From a virus (Duplodnaviria > Caudoviricetes), in IMG/VR virus record IMGVR_UViG_3300047576_000027, positions 32,001-96,000 of that record: 64,000 bases of DNA; one strand, written 5' to 3'. A program made the position numbers and the translations under genes. This document shows positions 48,439 to 57,522 of the stretch, in pieces. The notes beneath the pieces are model-generated. The model did not search any database. It had not been told where the DNA came from and worked only from the letters and a program-made list of their open reading frames with translations. Every line of letters begins with the position of its first letter. Within the stretch, counting starts at the first letter, position 1.

Positions 48439-49371
48439 TTACCAGTCATCCGTGGCATGTTTCCGCCATTCCGAGAAGGATTCGTATTCGCCTTCAAAAA
48501 CGGGGGAGCGGCGCTGGTAGTCGATGTCGCCAACGGGAGTTTCGGACAACTCCTGCCTCTCAGACTCTAAATTGTAGGTCCACTTGTGGGCCGCCCACAG
48601 CGCGAGATTTGATGCCATAAACCGGTCATCGTGCGAACCCCGGCTTCCAACTGCCCTCGCTTTACGGACGTCCACTTCTGCGCTTGCGTACTCTTCGCGG
48701 AGCCATTTGGACCGGATGACAACGTTCTCTTGCATCAGGTGACGCCGTGACCGATACCAGAGAATTTTCAGGCTCTCAAAATTAGAACGCCATCCAAGTG
48801 CCTGCGTTTCCTCTGCGACGTCTGCGATATGTTCCCAGTGCCAGAGATTAGCGTATCCAAGCCGGATCAATTCCTGAGTGGTCAGCATCCCGCACCCAGG
48901 GTATCCTTCCCATATCAACTCACACTGGTCTTCGTCATCGCTGCGAAATATATTCCCCAAAATAAAGGCAATTCTCGCGATCTCAATTGCGTCACACGGA
49001 GCCGCAAATTCTGCAACCTGCACATCGAGGTAGCGTACCCTCTGGCGTTTCGTATGTGGATCGATGTCCGGCACCTTTTGTCCGTTTTCCTCTTTCCAGC
49101 AAAGCCGGGTCATGGCGCTCACGTCGTAGATGATGATCGCGCCGTTGTCTTTTTTCTTGTCGTCCGATGCGCGGGTTGCGCGGGACCAGCCGGTGATGCC
49201 CTCGCTCGAATCCAGACCCATGATGTACTTGTGACCCTTTTGGGGCGGTTCAAACATCAACAAAATGCCGCGCGGGTCACGTTTTACTTCTTCCCATGAT
49301 TCTTCGGTGAAGTCTTCAATTCCGGAACCGGTCGGGAGATAGAGGCGCGGGGGGAATGATGGCTGGGTCAC
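48439..49371 (-). CDS. terL: Terminase large subunit, RNase-H-like nuclease part
   Basis: EPPQKGHKYIMGLDSSEG, QVAEF, LIWEG, GYANLW, LGW, HDDRFMAS. Confidence 0.85.
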   Translation of the reverse strand: MTQPSFPPRLYLPTGSGIEDFTEESWEEVKRDPRGILLMFEPPQKGHKYIMGLDSSEGITGWSRATRASDDKKKDNGAIIIYDVSAMTRLCWKEENGQKVPDIDPHTKRQRVRYLDVQVAEFAAPCDAIEIARIAFILGNIFRSDDEDQCELIWEGYPGCGMLTTQELIRLGYANLWHWEHIADVAEETQALGWRSNFESLKILWYRSRRHLMQENVVIRSKWLREEYASAEVDVRKARAVGSRGSHDDRFMASNLALWAAHKWTYNLESERQELSETPVGDIDYQRRSPVFEGEYESFSEWRKHATDDW

Positions 49372-50672
49372 GCCACCACCTCTACGCTATAAAGGTGTGG
49401 ATCACGCTCATCAAGTTCCATCTTTTCAAGCAGTTCTGTCGGCAAGGCACCCTGACCCCACAATGAAAACGATTGCTCCGGCGAAGCTGGATAGGTTGCA
49501 AGAAATTTTCCCAATTCGCCCCGGCGCGCAAATATCTCCCGCTCAGTCTCCCACCACGCAAGCTGCTCAATCGTCGCGCGGATGGTGACTCCGTTATTCC
49601 ATTCGGCAGACGTTCGCTCGATCAGTTCGGCGTGCTCCAGTGTGTGCTTTGATGGTGTCCAGTTTGGCGGTGGCACTCTTCGGTATTTCCTGGAGTTAAA
49701 AAACCAGGGAATAAAGACATAGACCCAGGATTCCCAGCCCGCTTCTTTGTTCCGGCATGATTCGCTGACTTCCCGCCAGTAGCCGGTTGGCCCCGCTGAG
49801 GTTCCCTCCTGGATGTGCAGCGTTGACCGCGCCTTCGGGATCGTTGGCATTAGGGAGAAATTGATATCGTAATCCGCGTTGTAGTAAAGTGGCACCTCAG
49901 TCAAATGCGAAACATCCTGAGTGGTCCCGACGCCCATCCCGCTTTTCTGGTTAGCCATCTGGTAAACCAGCCGTGAATCGAGCGGAAACTTAAAGCCAAT
50001 TTCAGTAGCCTTCACGTCCGGGTAGACTTCCGGCATCAGCCACCACGGAAGGTTGTTAATGGCCTTCTTGTCGCGGTCGTAAAGTTCGTCCGCGCCAGCG
50101 GGGTTGAGCGCTCCCGCAAAAGCTCTCGTTCCCTTCCAGAAGAGCATTCGGTGGATTGTCAGCATCCGGCAGATGGCCGTGTAGTACTGTTGCCGTGTCT
50201 TGTGGGCGATTACGCGAATCCCTTCGGTGAATCCGTATTTGGCATACTCCGCATAGACTTCCTCTTCGCGCTTGCCAATGGCACTAATGAGCCGCTCCTG
50301 CGACTCCTGAAACCGAACGGGGCCAAGTGTCTCTTCGCCAGTCGTAGTGCCAGTATCGATCCCTATGGAATGATAACGCTGCGCATAGTAGGAAAAATCT
50401 GCCTTGCAAATCAAACGCTCTGACTGAATAAAAGCCTGTTCCTTGTCATCGGGAAGTCGCGTCAGTTGCCCCGGAGGCAGAGCCTGCCCGCGATCATCAA
50501 ACCGGAGCTTCTCCAGCTTCGCGGCTTTCTCCAGTGAACGGTCGCGCGACAGACGCTCGTAAACAAGACCAGCGCGTTTGGCCTGATGGAGGCGGGATTC
50601 CGTGATGGAGGAAGAGTACAAAAAGACAACCTGATCTGGGCTACGGTCAGTTGACAGCAGTCGTGGGCGCAA
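49368..50672 (-). CDS. terL: Terminase large subunit, ATPase part (start probably TTG at 50621)
   Basis: Walker-A-like AHKTRQQYYT, Walker-B-like HLTEV, coupling motif EGTSAG, VFIPWF, YPASPEQSF. Confidence 0.85.
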   Translation of the reverse strand: MRPRLLSTDRSPDQVVFLYSSSITESRLHQAKRAGLVYERLSRDRSLEKAAKLEKLRFDDRGQALPPGQLTRLPDDKEQAFIQSERLICKADFSYYAQRYHSIGIDTGTTTGEETLGPVRFQESQERLISAIGKREEEVYAEYAKYGFTEGIRVIAHKTRQQYYTAICRMLTIHRMLFWKGTRAFAGALNPAGADELYDRDKKAINNLPWWLMPEVYPDVKATEIGFKFPLDSRLVYQMANQKSGMGVGTTQDVSHLTEVPLYYNADYDINFSLMPTIPKARSTLHIQEGTSAGPTGYWREVSESCRNKEAGWESWVYVFIPWFFNSRKYRRVPPPNWTPSKHTLEHAELIERTSAEWNNGVTIRATIEQLAWWETEREIFARRGELGKFLATYPASPEQSFSLWGQGALPTELLEKMELDERDPHLYSVEVVA

Positions 50673-50961
50673 TCGGCGGATCTGGCACGGCTACCACCGC
50701 CTTGTGCGGCACTCGTTCCCGAAACAAACCAGACGCCATGTTCGCGGCCCAGTGCTGAAAGTCCGGATTACCAGCGAGTTCCGTTGGCCGCGCCGGGATC
50801 GCCGCGCCGTTGTTCTTATGCTCGGTCCAAAGTTTCGACACAATAGCGCAGACCGTCGTGTGATCGGGACCGCCAGGGCCGCAGATTTGCTTGCAGGACG
50901 GACAGGGCTGGCCGGGAACTGGCTTGTAGCCGGCGATGTGCTCGTAATCAACAATGTTCAT
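50647..50961 (-). CDS. Hypothetical protein with CxxC motif
   Basis: GGAGA SD before MNIVDYEH; CPSCKQIC..H..C. Confidence 0.5.
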   Translation of the reverse strand: MNIVDYEHIAGYKPVPGQPCPSCKQICGPGGPDHTTVCAIVSKLWTEHKNNGAAIPARPTELAGNPDFQHWAANMASGLFRERVPHKAVVAVPDPPIAPTTAVN

Positions 50962-51299
50962 ATGTTCTCCACTATACAGAATTCGGAGTCGGCACCGGCA
51001 GGCAAAGGAACGGCGCATGAAGTTACCCATGGCAATGGCGCGCGGCTGAACCCGGATGGGCCGGGCCATGGATAAAACCATGCGGGGACCATAACTGGAT
51101 CGGGGTTTATGTTTGACCAGTGGAGAACCACCGCACTGGCTGGGCTGAAAATATAATAGTACTCAATAACAGTCACAGGGGCCACGTCCGGCACCGGCAG
51201 GCTCCCCACGTCTGCGATGGCTATCGCCTTTGCGGGCGTCACCCTCGCCACCAGCGGCGCAAGCAGCACGCTGAAGAATCCTCGTCTTGTTAGTTTCAT
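50958..51299 (-). CDS. Small protein with twin-arginine (Tat-like) N-terminus
   Basis: MKLTRRGFFSVLLAPLVA. Confidence 0.5.
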   Translation of the reverse strand: MKLTRRGFFSVLLAPLVARVTPAKAIAIADVGSLPVPDVAPVTVIEYYYIFSPASAVVLHWSNINPDPVMVPAWFYPWPGPSGFSRAPLPWVTSCAVPLPAGADSEFCIVENI

Positions 51300-51357
51300 A
51301 TGCCCCCTTCACCGATTGTCTTCTCATGTTATCCCATGGCCATCAAACCGGGAAAGA

Positions 51358-51549
51358 TCAAGGCTTTTTCAGTTCCTCTATCCTCGCGCCGATGATTGCG
51401 GTCAGCGTCCACATTTCATCGAAGGTTTCACGGTCAGGCTCTTTGCCTCCGCCCGCGATCCGGCTAACTGAGCGGGCGGCACTGTAGAGTGCCTTAATAC
51501 GGCGCAGTTTGGGCGCGAGTTGGACCTTTGTTTTTTTGGATTGGCTCAT
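51358..51549 (-). CDS. Hypothetical protein
   Basis: GAGGAG SD. Confidence 0.5.
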   Translation of the reverse strand: MSQSKKTKVQLAPKLRRIKALYSAARSVSRIAGGGKEPDRETFDEMWTLTAIIGARIEELKKP

Positions 51550-51568
51550 ACATCTCCTCGTTTAAGTT

Positions 51569-52024
51569 TCATTGGCGGGGATGCCTTTCACACGGGCTAA
51601 AAACAGCCCGGGTCACGGGATCTCCTTCTTCATCCACTTCCCCGGTTTCCTCGTAGTCGATAATTCCACACGAGCAAGTCCGGTACGATTCAAACTTATC
51701 TACAGCCAGTTGCGCCTGGCGTTCGATTCCGCCGCTTTCACGGAATGATTGAATCGTCAGTGGAATTGAAACAACGAAATACTGGCCATCTGACCGAAGC
51801 CCGGTTATAGAGGCGATAATGCGGCCATCGGCCGTACGCTGGAAGTCATGCGAATTGACATCCAGCCACGATCTTGAATCGTCACACTTTAGTGGCGAGG
51901 TATCACCCTTGCTCCAAAATCGCCGCATGGTGACCGCACTCGGTTCATATCTGATTCGGGGGACATTCCGAAAAATGACGATGTTTGCGTACCTCAATTC
52001 AGCATCTGTAAGTTCTTCGGTCAT
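51569..52024 (-). CDS. Hypothetical protein
   Basis: GGAGG SD before MTEELTD; ATGA-coupled. Confidence 0.5.
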   Translation of the reverse strand: MTEELTDAELRYANIVIFRNVPRIRYEPSAVTMRRFWSKGDTSPLKCDDSRSWLDVNSHDFQRTADGRIIASITGLRSDGQYFVVSIPLTIQSFRESGGIERQAQLAVDKFESYRTCSCGIIDYEETGEVDEEGDPVTRAVFSPCERHPRQ

Positions 52025-52257
52025 CCCGGAACCTCCCACCAATGAGCCCCCACCGGCTTCTCGTGATACCCCATCGCCATCAGATCGATGCATCCGGAAC
52101 GAATCTTCCGGATCGACCCTGCGTCATCGGGGGACTCTCGTGCCACCATCAGCAACAGTCTCATCCCCGCATGGTATGCCTGATCGCCGTATGCCTCAAG
52201 CAGCCCATCGGCACTGTGCCAGGGATGTACCGGCGTCTCTCTTGTGTCTGACATCAA
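52021..52257 (-). CDS. Hypothetical protein
   Basis: Coupled ORF. Confidence 0.5.
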   Translation of the reverse strand: MMSDTRETPVHPWHSADGLLEAYGDQAYHAGMRLLLMVARESPDDAGSIRKIRSGCIDLMAMGYHEKPVGAHWWEVPG

Positions 52258-52640
52258 TCCTCCCCCTCATCAATGGCATCCCGCTCCAGCGCGGCAACCA
52301 TTCGCTCCCTCAAACTCAATTTCTCTTCATCCCCTACCCCGTACGTAATTTCAGTATCGTGCCGCGATGGCTGTTCGGTGATAATGAAAACGGGTGCGGG
52401 TTCGCCGGTTTTCGGGTTCAGCCTTTCGGTCAGTTCCAGTTCCTTCAGGTCGTTCATGCGGCGCATCTCGCGGGATATCGTGGCGAACGGGGTGGCGAAG
52501 TCAAGGAAAAAGTTTTTGATACCGGAGCGACGACTGTATATCAGGAACGCCAGCGAAAGGGCGGCCATTACCACGATGGCTATTGTGATGGTTTTGTCCG
52601 TCATCACTCCACACCCCGTTTTGTCGGATTCCACCGGCAC
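52254..52640 (-). CDS. Membrane-anchored hypothetical protein
   Basis: TM segment ITIAIVVMAALSLAFLIY. Confidence 0.55.
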   Translation of the reverse strand: MPVESDKTGCGVMTDKTITIAIVVMAALSLAFLIYSRRSGIKNFFLDFATPFATISREMRRMNDLKELELTERLNPKTGEPAPVFIITEQPSRHDTEITYGVGDEEKLSLRERMVAALERDAIDEGED

Positions 52641-52804
52641 CCCGGACTGTCACAGGCATACCCCTCACAGTCCTCCATGAGTCCGGTTCGGAGGTCGCGG
52701 CGCTGCCATTTTTTGACCACACAAAGAGAACCGCATTCGCAGCGAAAGGCGGTTGTGGCCTGTTTTGACGAGAACCACTTCATGAGCCGGTCGCGGATCG
52801 TCAC
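52604..52804 (-). CDS. Small Cys-rich protein
   Basis: CECG..CDSPGC. Confidence 0.45.
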   Translation of the reverse strand: MTIRDRLMKWFSSKQATTAFRCECGSLCVVKKWQRRDLRTGLMEDCEGYACDSPGCRWNPTKRGVE

Positions 52805-53070
52805 AGCTCTATCGCCTCGAAGATACCGTTTCTGGATCGTCCGCTCTCATCACCAGCCAGTTGTTCGCGAAACCAGACCGCGAGTCCATATGGACCTCTG
52901 GCCTCCATTTCACGATTAAGATCCGCGATACTTATCTTTACCTTGCGGCCCTGGAATTTGCCGACCACGTGATGACCGCTCTTTGAGAAACGCAGGCCGT
53001 TGTAGGTCGGATCTTCTTCAGTGCGAGCGATGTAGTTGAGTGAGCAGATGAGTGGGTTTTGGATCTTCAT
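52801..53070 (-). CDS. Hypothetical protein
   Basis: Coupled ORF. Confidence 0.45.
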   Translation of the reverse strand: MKIQNPLICSLNYIARTEEDPTYNGLRFSKSGHHVVGKFQGRKVKISIADLNREMEARGPYGLAVWFREQLAGDESGRSRNGIFEAIEL

Positions 53071-53195
53071 TTAGTTTCTTACCCTAGAGATTTCAATCAC
53101 GTCAGCCTGCGCGTAGTTCTCAGATGTAACGTCAGCGATCCGCACAGCCACGAACGGAGGATACCTTCGCCGTCCGTATTCGTCAGACGCTTGCT

Positions 53196-53759
53196 TCATA
53201 ACTCAATCACCCTCCCGTCCGTAATACAAAGCCTCGACCTTACACTCGCGGTCAGTTCACGTACCCGGTCGAGAGTTGCCTTGCCGTATTCGCCGCCCGT
53301 CGCATCGCACAGTTCCCGAAGGAACTCCGGTGCGGGGTCAGGACCGACATAGAAGACATCAACCTTTAACCCTGCCGCCGCCCTGATCGCGGCGCTCTCG
53401 CTGTCCGGTTCCCCATCGGTAATCAAAACGACGTGCTGTACTCCTCCATCCTTCACCTTCAGAAACGCCTGTGCCATGTTAGTTCCGCCGTGCGTATCGG
53501 GCACCGGATCACCGGGGGCCATCTCACTGCAATCGGACGCGAACTCGAAACGGCGCACATCGCGGAACTCTGCGGCCAATACCCTGAGTTGCTGAATCTT
53601 CGTTTTCCCCGCGCCAATCCATTCGTTCATCGATCCGGAAAGATCGAGCAGGAGGGCTGAGGTTCCAGGCAACGTACTGCCCGTTCCGTATTTTGCCGCC
53701 AGGGCGGACCTGAGTCGCGATCCCAGACTGACACTGCCTCTCGTCGTTATCTCACCCAT
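53196..53759 (-). CDS. VWA (von Willebrand A) domain protein
   Basis: MIDAS LLLDLSGSM, GGTNM, VLITDGEPD, LCDATGG. Confidence 0.9.
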   Translation of the reverse strand: MGEITTRGSVSLGSRLRSALAAKYGTGSTLPGTSALLLDLSGSMNEWIGAGKTKIQQLRVLAAEFRDVRRFEFASDCSEMAPGDPVPDTHGGTNMAQAFLKVKDGGVQHVVLITDGEPDSESAAIRAAAGLKVDVFYVGPDPAPEFLRELCDATGGEYGKATLDRVRELTASVRSRLCITDGRVIEL

Positions 53760-54255
53760 TCCTTAATAACTCCCCCACTTCCGAGAGCACCTGATCGAGT
53801 TTCCCCTTGGCCTCGCGGACTTCCCTGAATTTGTCGGCAGAACCGCCAAGGTCCGGATGATTCTTTTTCGCCAGTACGCGGTAACCCTCGGTGACGATGC
53901 GTTCCAGCAGCGGCATGGATTCGAGGTCCAGATCGCTCAATGAATCGACCCCGCCGTTCTGCATGGCAAGCCATTCCATGTACCCGCGCCGGAACTTCTC
54001 GTGCTCTGCTGCTTTATCCCATCCGATTACGGCCATCTCGGCTTTCTCCCAGGCGCGGATGACGAGCCATGTATTGGCGGTCGATACGCGCAACGCTTTT
54101 AATGCTGTCTCTGCCTGCTCCCACTGGTAAATCTCCAGATTGGCTTTTCCCCAAAACTTCGGCGGGGGCGGGGTAACCGGGCCGCTGGGCGCGTTTACGG
54201 CGTAGGCTTTTGCTTCTTCCTGTCCAGTCTCGTAATTCCAGGCCACTGGAGTCAT
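53752..54255 (-). CDS. J-domain (DnaJ-like) protein
   Basis: GYRVLAKKNHPDLGGSADKFREVREA (HPD motif). Likely leaderless start at GTG 54246 after TTGTAA-17-TAGAAT. Confidence 0.85.
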   Translation of the reverse strand: MTPVAWNYETGQEEAKAYAVNAPSGPVTPPPPKFWGKANLEIYQWEQAETALKALRVSTANTWLVIRAWEKAEMAVIGWDKAAEHEKFRRGYMEWLAMQNGGVDSLSDLDLESMPLLERIVTEGYRVLAKKNHPDLGGSADKFREVREAKGKLDQVLSEVGELLRNG

Positions 54256-54311
54256 TCTATCGCTGGCCGTATCGTTTTACAAGTTTTAAATTACGCGATA
54301 CTATAAATTCC

Positions 54312-54833
54312 ATGCCCCAACTGGTCGGCATCTGCCAGAAGTGCCGCAGTCTGATGCCGCTGACCCGGCACCATATCATTCCGAAGTCGAAGGGTGGAAC
54401 GTGGGATACCGATAACATTGCGCTGGTCTGCCGTCCGTGCCACGACGAACTGGATGCGGCAGCCGGGGTCGGGAAGTTACCGGCATTACCGGCAGAGCAT
54501 CATCGGGCAAGGAAGAGAGCGGCCGAGAAGCGCCGACGGACACGGCAACGGATGCTAAAGCGCGGCGGGTGTATCGATTGCGGCGGATCCATCGCGAAAA
54601 AACTAAAACCGTCAGTTCGGTGCCAGAAATGCCAGTGGCAACACGACGATAAACTCTGGGCAGATGCGCGGGAGAGTTTGCGGGCGAGTAAGGCGGGGCT
54701 TATCCCTGAGCATGGCAAGTGCTCGCGTTGCTCGGATGTGAGCAGAAAGATCACTGGCGGGCTGTGCCGGAACTGTGCGGCGAAAACTCAGGATACCGCC
54801 AAAGTAATCGACGAATTTTTCAGACAGGCGTGA
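54312..54833 (+). CDS. HNH endonuclease with extra C-terminal Cys fingers
   Basis: CQKC..TRHHIIPKSKGG..NIALVCRPCH; TACTAT 7 nt before the ATG at 54312. Confidence 0.85.
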   Translation: MPQLVGICQKCRSLMPLTRHHIIPKSKGGTWDTDNIALVCRPCHDELDAAAGVGKLPALPAEHHRARKRAAEKRRRTRQRMLKRGGCIDCGGSIAKKLKPSVRCQKCQWQHDDKLWADARESLRASKAGLIPEHGKCSRCSDVSRKITGGLCRNCAAKTQDTAKVIDEFFRQA

Positions 54834-54847
54834 GGGGACTCACGGCT

Positions 54848-55630
54848 TCACTGCACACTACCACTGCCATCATCATCTTCCGGCTCCACATCCACATCAA
54901 TCGTCATAACCCCGAGCGCCCCCGAAACTGCCGATCCATGCCCCGCGCCGCCAAAGTTCTGAACGATCTGGACACCGGACTTTCCCTTCGTAATCAGACC
55001 CGCGATTTCAAGCACCCGGTCCCTGCTGTGCTCATCGCCAGGTTTCCGCACGCTCATCACACCATGGCATCCAGGGCAGGTGCGGCAGTAGAGAATTTCC
55101 TCGTGCTCCTCCGTCTCGCCGGTCTCGGCATTCTTTCGCTTCACTACTGTGGTGGCCAGTATCCGATACCCCGCTGTCTCCATCGGCAACCCGGCAGGCG
55201 CACTAACCCACCCCAGTCCGTCACACCGCTCACAAAATTCATCCCTCGTCATGGCATCGCCTGCCATGTCCCTGACTATCCCTGCTGCGCGCCTTTGGGC
55301 ATGAGCGATAGCGATCTGGCTTGATGCCCGCTGGAACCAGTTGCCAAACTCCAGAAGATCGATATCGCACTGCTTGGCAACTGTCTGTAACCGCAATACC
55401 CGGCCCGGCGTGCTGATTAGTTCCAAAAACCTGCGAAACCTCGGGTCCTGGTCACGCGCCAGCGCCTGCTGGACAGCAACGTCCGTTTCAACCCCAATCT
55501 CTTCGAGGTATGCGCCGTAGACCTCATCCTCCTTGCCTTTACCGGATGCGGGGACCAGGCCACGGAGGCCATCTTTTTCTTTTAGGGTTTTTGGGGGTTT
55601 GCGGTCGGGCATGGGCTTGTGGTCGGCCAT
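54848..55630 (-). CDS. Probable terminase small subunit with CxxCxG zinc-finger insertion
   Basis: HTH-like LQTVAKQCDIDLLEF, helical core, RDRVLEIAGL..GVQIVQNF, acidic tail; CERCDGLG and CPGCHG; lies upstream of terL in the same transcription direction. Confidence 0.5.
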   Translation of the reverse strand: MADHKPMPDRKPPKTLKEKDGLRGLVPASGKGKEDEVYGAYLEEIGVETDVAVQQALARDQDPRFRRFLELISTPGRVLRLQTVAKQCDIDLLEFGNWFQRASSQIAIAHAQRRAAGIVRDMAGDAMTRDEFCERCDGLGWVSAPAGLPMETAGYRILATTVVKRKNAETGETEEHEEILYCRTCPGCHGVMSVRKPGDEHSRDRVLEIAGLITKGKSGVQIVQNFGGAGHGSAVSGALGVMTIDVDVEPEDDDGSGSVQ

Positions 55631-55907
55631 GGTCTCAAGTTACCCCATTCGATCTTTTCCAGACAACCATTGCAGTCAGGGCAAACCATAAGTTCCCCGT
55701 TCGAAAGATATAACTTATGGCCGCAGTTTCTGCAAATGCAATTTTCGGAACTGGCCACTCCCTGAGTTGGCGAAGGCGAATGACTCGCTTGCCAGGCTGC
55801 GTGCCGCTGTGGATACTCTCGATGCCACCGGGCTGTCACAGATTCCAACTCTGCCAGCCACGCTTTCAAGAACTCACTTGTAATTCGGCTTGGTCTGTCT
55901 TCCACGC

Positions 55908-56207
55908 TCATTTATCCTCATAGCGGCATGATGCAAAAAGTCGGAAAATTCCACAAGGATCACTGTAGTCGTCCTCTACGTCCTCGATAACATCACACTC
56001 AACACAATTCTCCGCCAGCACGTGAAGCCGAAAGCGTACGCCGCACCCGTCACAGTACCATGCGGCTTTTGTTCCTTCCGTTAGGTGATCTACTCTGAAA
56101 TCGTCTTTTTTGCAGGCGGGGCAACGGATGTAACGCCCTGGTTTGGTGAAGGACTCCTGCATCCGAGCGTCTCCCGTTACCGACTCGATTAATTGGCGGC
56201 CCGTCAT
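55908..56207 (-). CDS. Zn-ribbon protein
   Basis: CPACK..CDGCG. Confidence 0.5.
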   Translation of the reverse strand: MTGRQLIESVTGDARMQESFTKPGRYIRCPACKKDDFRVDHLTEGTKAAWYCDGCGVRFRLHVLAENCVECDVIEDVEDDYSDPCGIFRLFASCRYEDK

Positions 56208-56455
56208 GGTTCTATTATTACAAGTTTAAAGCTATTTTTTGATTTTAAATTTTGTAAAATTTTGTAAACTGTGTCGGTACGGCGCCGGTTTTGCCGGATG
56301 CCCGGGTACCCACCTTGAACAATGACGCGCATTTATTGATAATCCGGGACAATCAATCGGTCGCGCCGGTGGCCAGCCGGCGAGAGCGCAGAGCGGAAAG
56401 GAATAGCTCGGGATGGTCAGCCGGGTGAGCCAGGATGGTCCAGCCGGAGAGTGAA

Positions 56456-56520
56456 TCGTCTCACAAACGTATTAATTTCTTTCTCGTCTCTCAAAGGGGC
56501 GATTGTGGTATTATTAAGTC
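56456..56520 (+). promoter_or_regulatory. Putative res/recombinase-binding site and leaderless promoter
   Basis: Direct repeats TCGTCTCACAAA (56456) and TCGTCTCTCAAA (56484); TGG-TATTAT 6 nt before the recombinase ATG. Confidence 0.55.
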
Positions 56521-57192
56521 ATGAGAATAGCTATCTACGCGAGGGTTTCAACCCTCGACAAGTGCCCCAGGTGCCGGAAGTTGGGTGAGCGCATGGGCGG
56601 GACTAAACTATGGTGCTCATCTTGTAAGGTCGAGTTCCAGGGGAAAGGCCAGGACACCGTGAACCAACTTGCGCAACTACGCGAGTATGCCCGGATGCAG
56701 GCCTGGGAAATCACAACTGAGTTCATCGACCGCAAGGGCGCCAAGAACGGAGATCGCGATCAGTTCAGGCTCATGTTCGAAGCCGCTGAACGGAAAGAGT
56801 TTGACGTTGTGCTGGTCTGGGCACTCGACCGATTCACCCGCGAGGGAATTGAGGGAACATTCAACTACATCGCGAGACTGCTATCAGTAGGATGTCAGTT
56901 CTACTCGATGACGGAGGAACACTTCCGAACTACCGGACCCGCCGGTTCGCTCATGATCGCGATTGCGGCCTGGATTGCGCAGCAGGAGCGCATCCGTATT
57001 AGCGAGCGCACAAAAGCGGGACTCGCCATAGCTCGTAGTCAAGGCCGCATCGGCGGCCGGAAGCCGATTGAAAAGGATACGGCGCGCATTCTCGAGCTTC
57101 GGGCGGGCGGCTTATCTCTCAGTGAGATAGCCGCGCAGGTCAGCGTGTCCCGTGCGACCGTGGCGCGGGTGTGTACTGGCGCGGGGAAATAA
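56521..57192 (+). CDS. Small serine recombinase (resolvase/invertase) with Zn-ribbon insertion
   Basis: IYARVST catalytic Ser, VWALDRFTR, ERIRISERTKAGL..GRIGGR, C-terminal HTH. Confidence 0.93.
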   Translation: MRIAIYARVSTLDKCPRCRKLGERMGGTKLWCSSCKVEFQGKGQDTVNQLAQLREYARMQAWEITTEFIDRKGAKNGDRDQFRLMFEAAERKEFDVVLVWALDRFTREGIEGTFNYIARLLSVGCQFYSMTEEHFRTTGPAGSLMIAIAAWIAQQERIRISERTKAGLAIARSQGRIGGRKPIEKDTARILELRAGGLSLSEIAAQVSVSRATVARVCTGAGK

Positions 57193-57253
57193 TTATCAAC
57201 AACGCTTGTAATTGATGATAAATGGGAGTAGAGTGTTAGATACGAGGTGACTT

Positions 57254-57517
57254 ATGACGACAAAAGACCTAAGCTTTCAACGCTCGCAGTGGATCAACAG
57301 CAGCTTGGGAAATCCCCAAACTCACCATCAGGATCTAGCCGTTTATCGCGGCCGCGCCGTCCCTTACGATCCGGCCAGGCCTTGGAGCGAGTATGCACTG
57401 GACCAAGCCGAGTGGCGCATCTCGGTCGGTTGTGGCACCGATGCTGCCTTGAACGCGGACCGTCTCGCGCTGGCGGCACAGCGGCAACCCCGCTCCGGAT
57501 GCGAACAGGGAGAATGA
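57254..57517 (+). CDS. Hypothetical protein
   Basis: GAGGTG SD. Confidence 0.5.
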   Translation: MTTKDLSFQRSQWINSSLGNPQTHHQDLAVYRGRAVPYDPARPWSEYALDQAEWRISVGCGTDAALNADRLALAAQRQPRSGCEQGE

Positions 57518-57522
57518 GGTAA

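Noticed and set aside
49360-49400. Intron or intein in terL
   Set aside because: The two ORFs overlap by 4 nt with no intervening sequence and no intein end motifs.
56521-57192. Phage integrase
   Set aside because: At 223 aa with a C-terminal HTH it is a small resolvase/invertase; it lacks the recombinase and C-terminal domains of large serine integrases, and no att site was identified.
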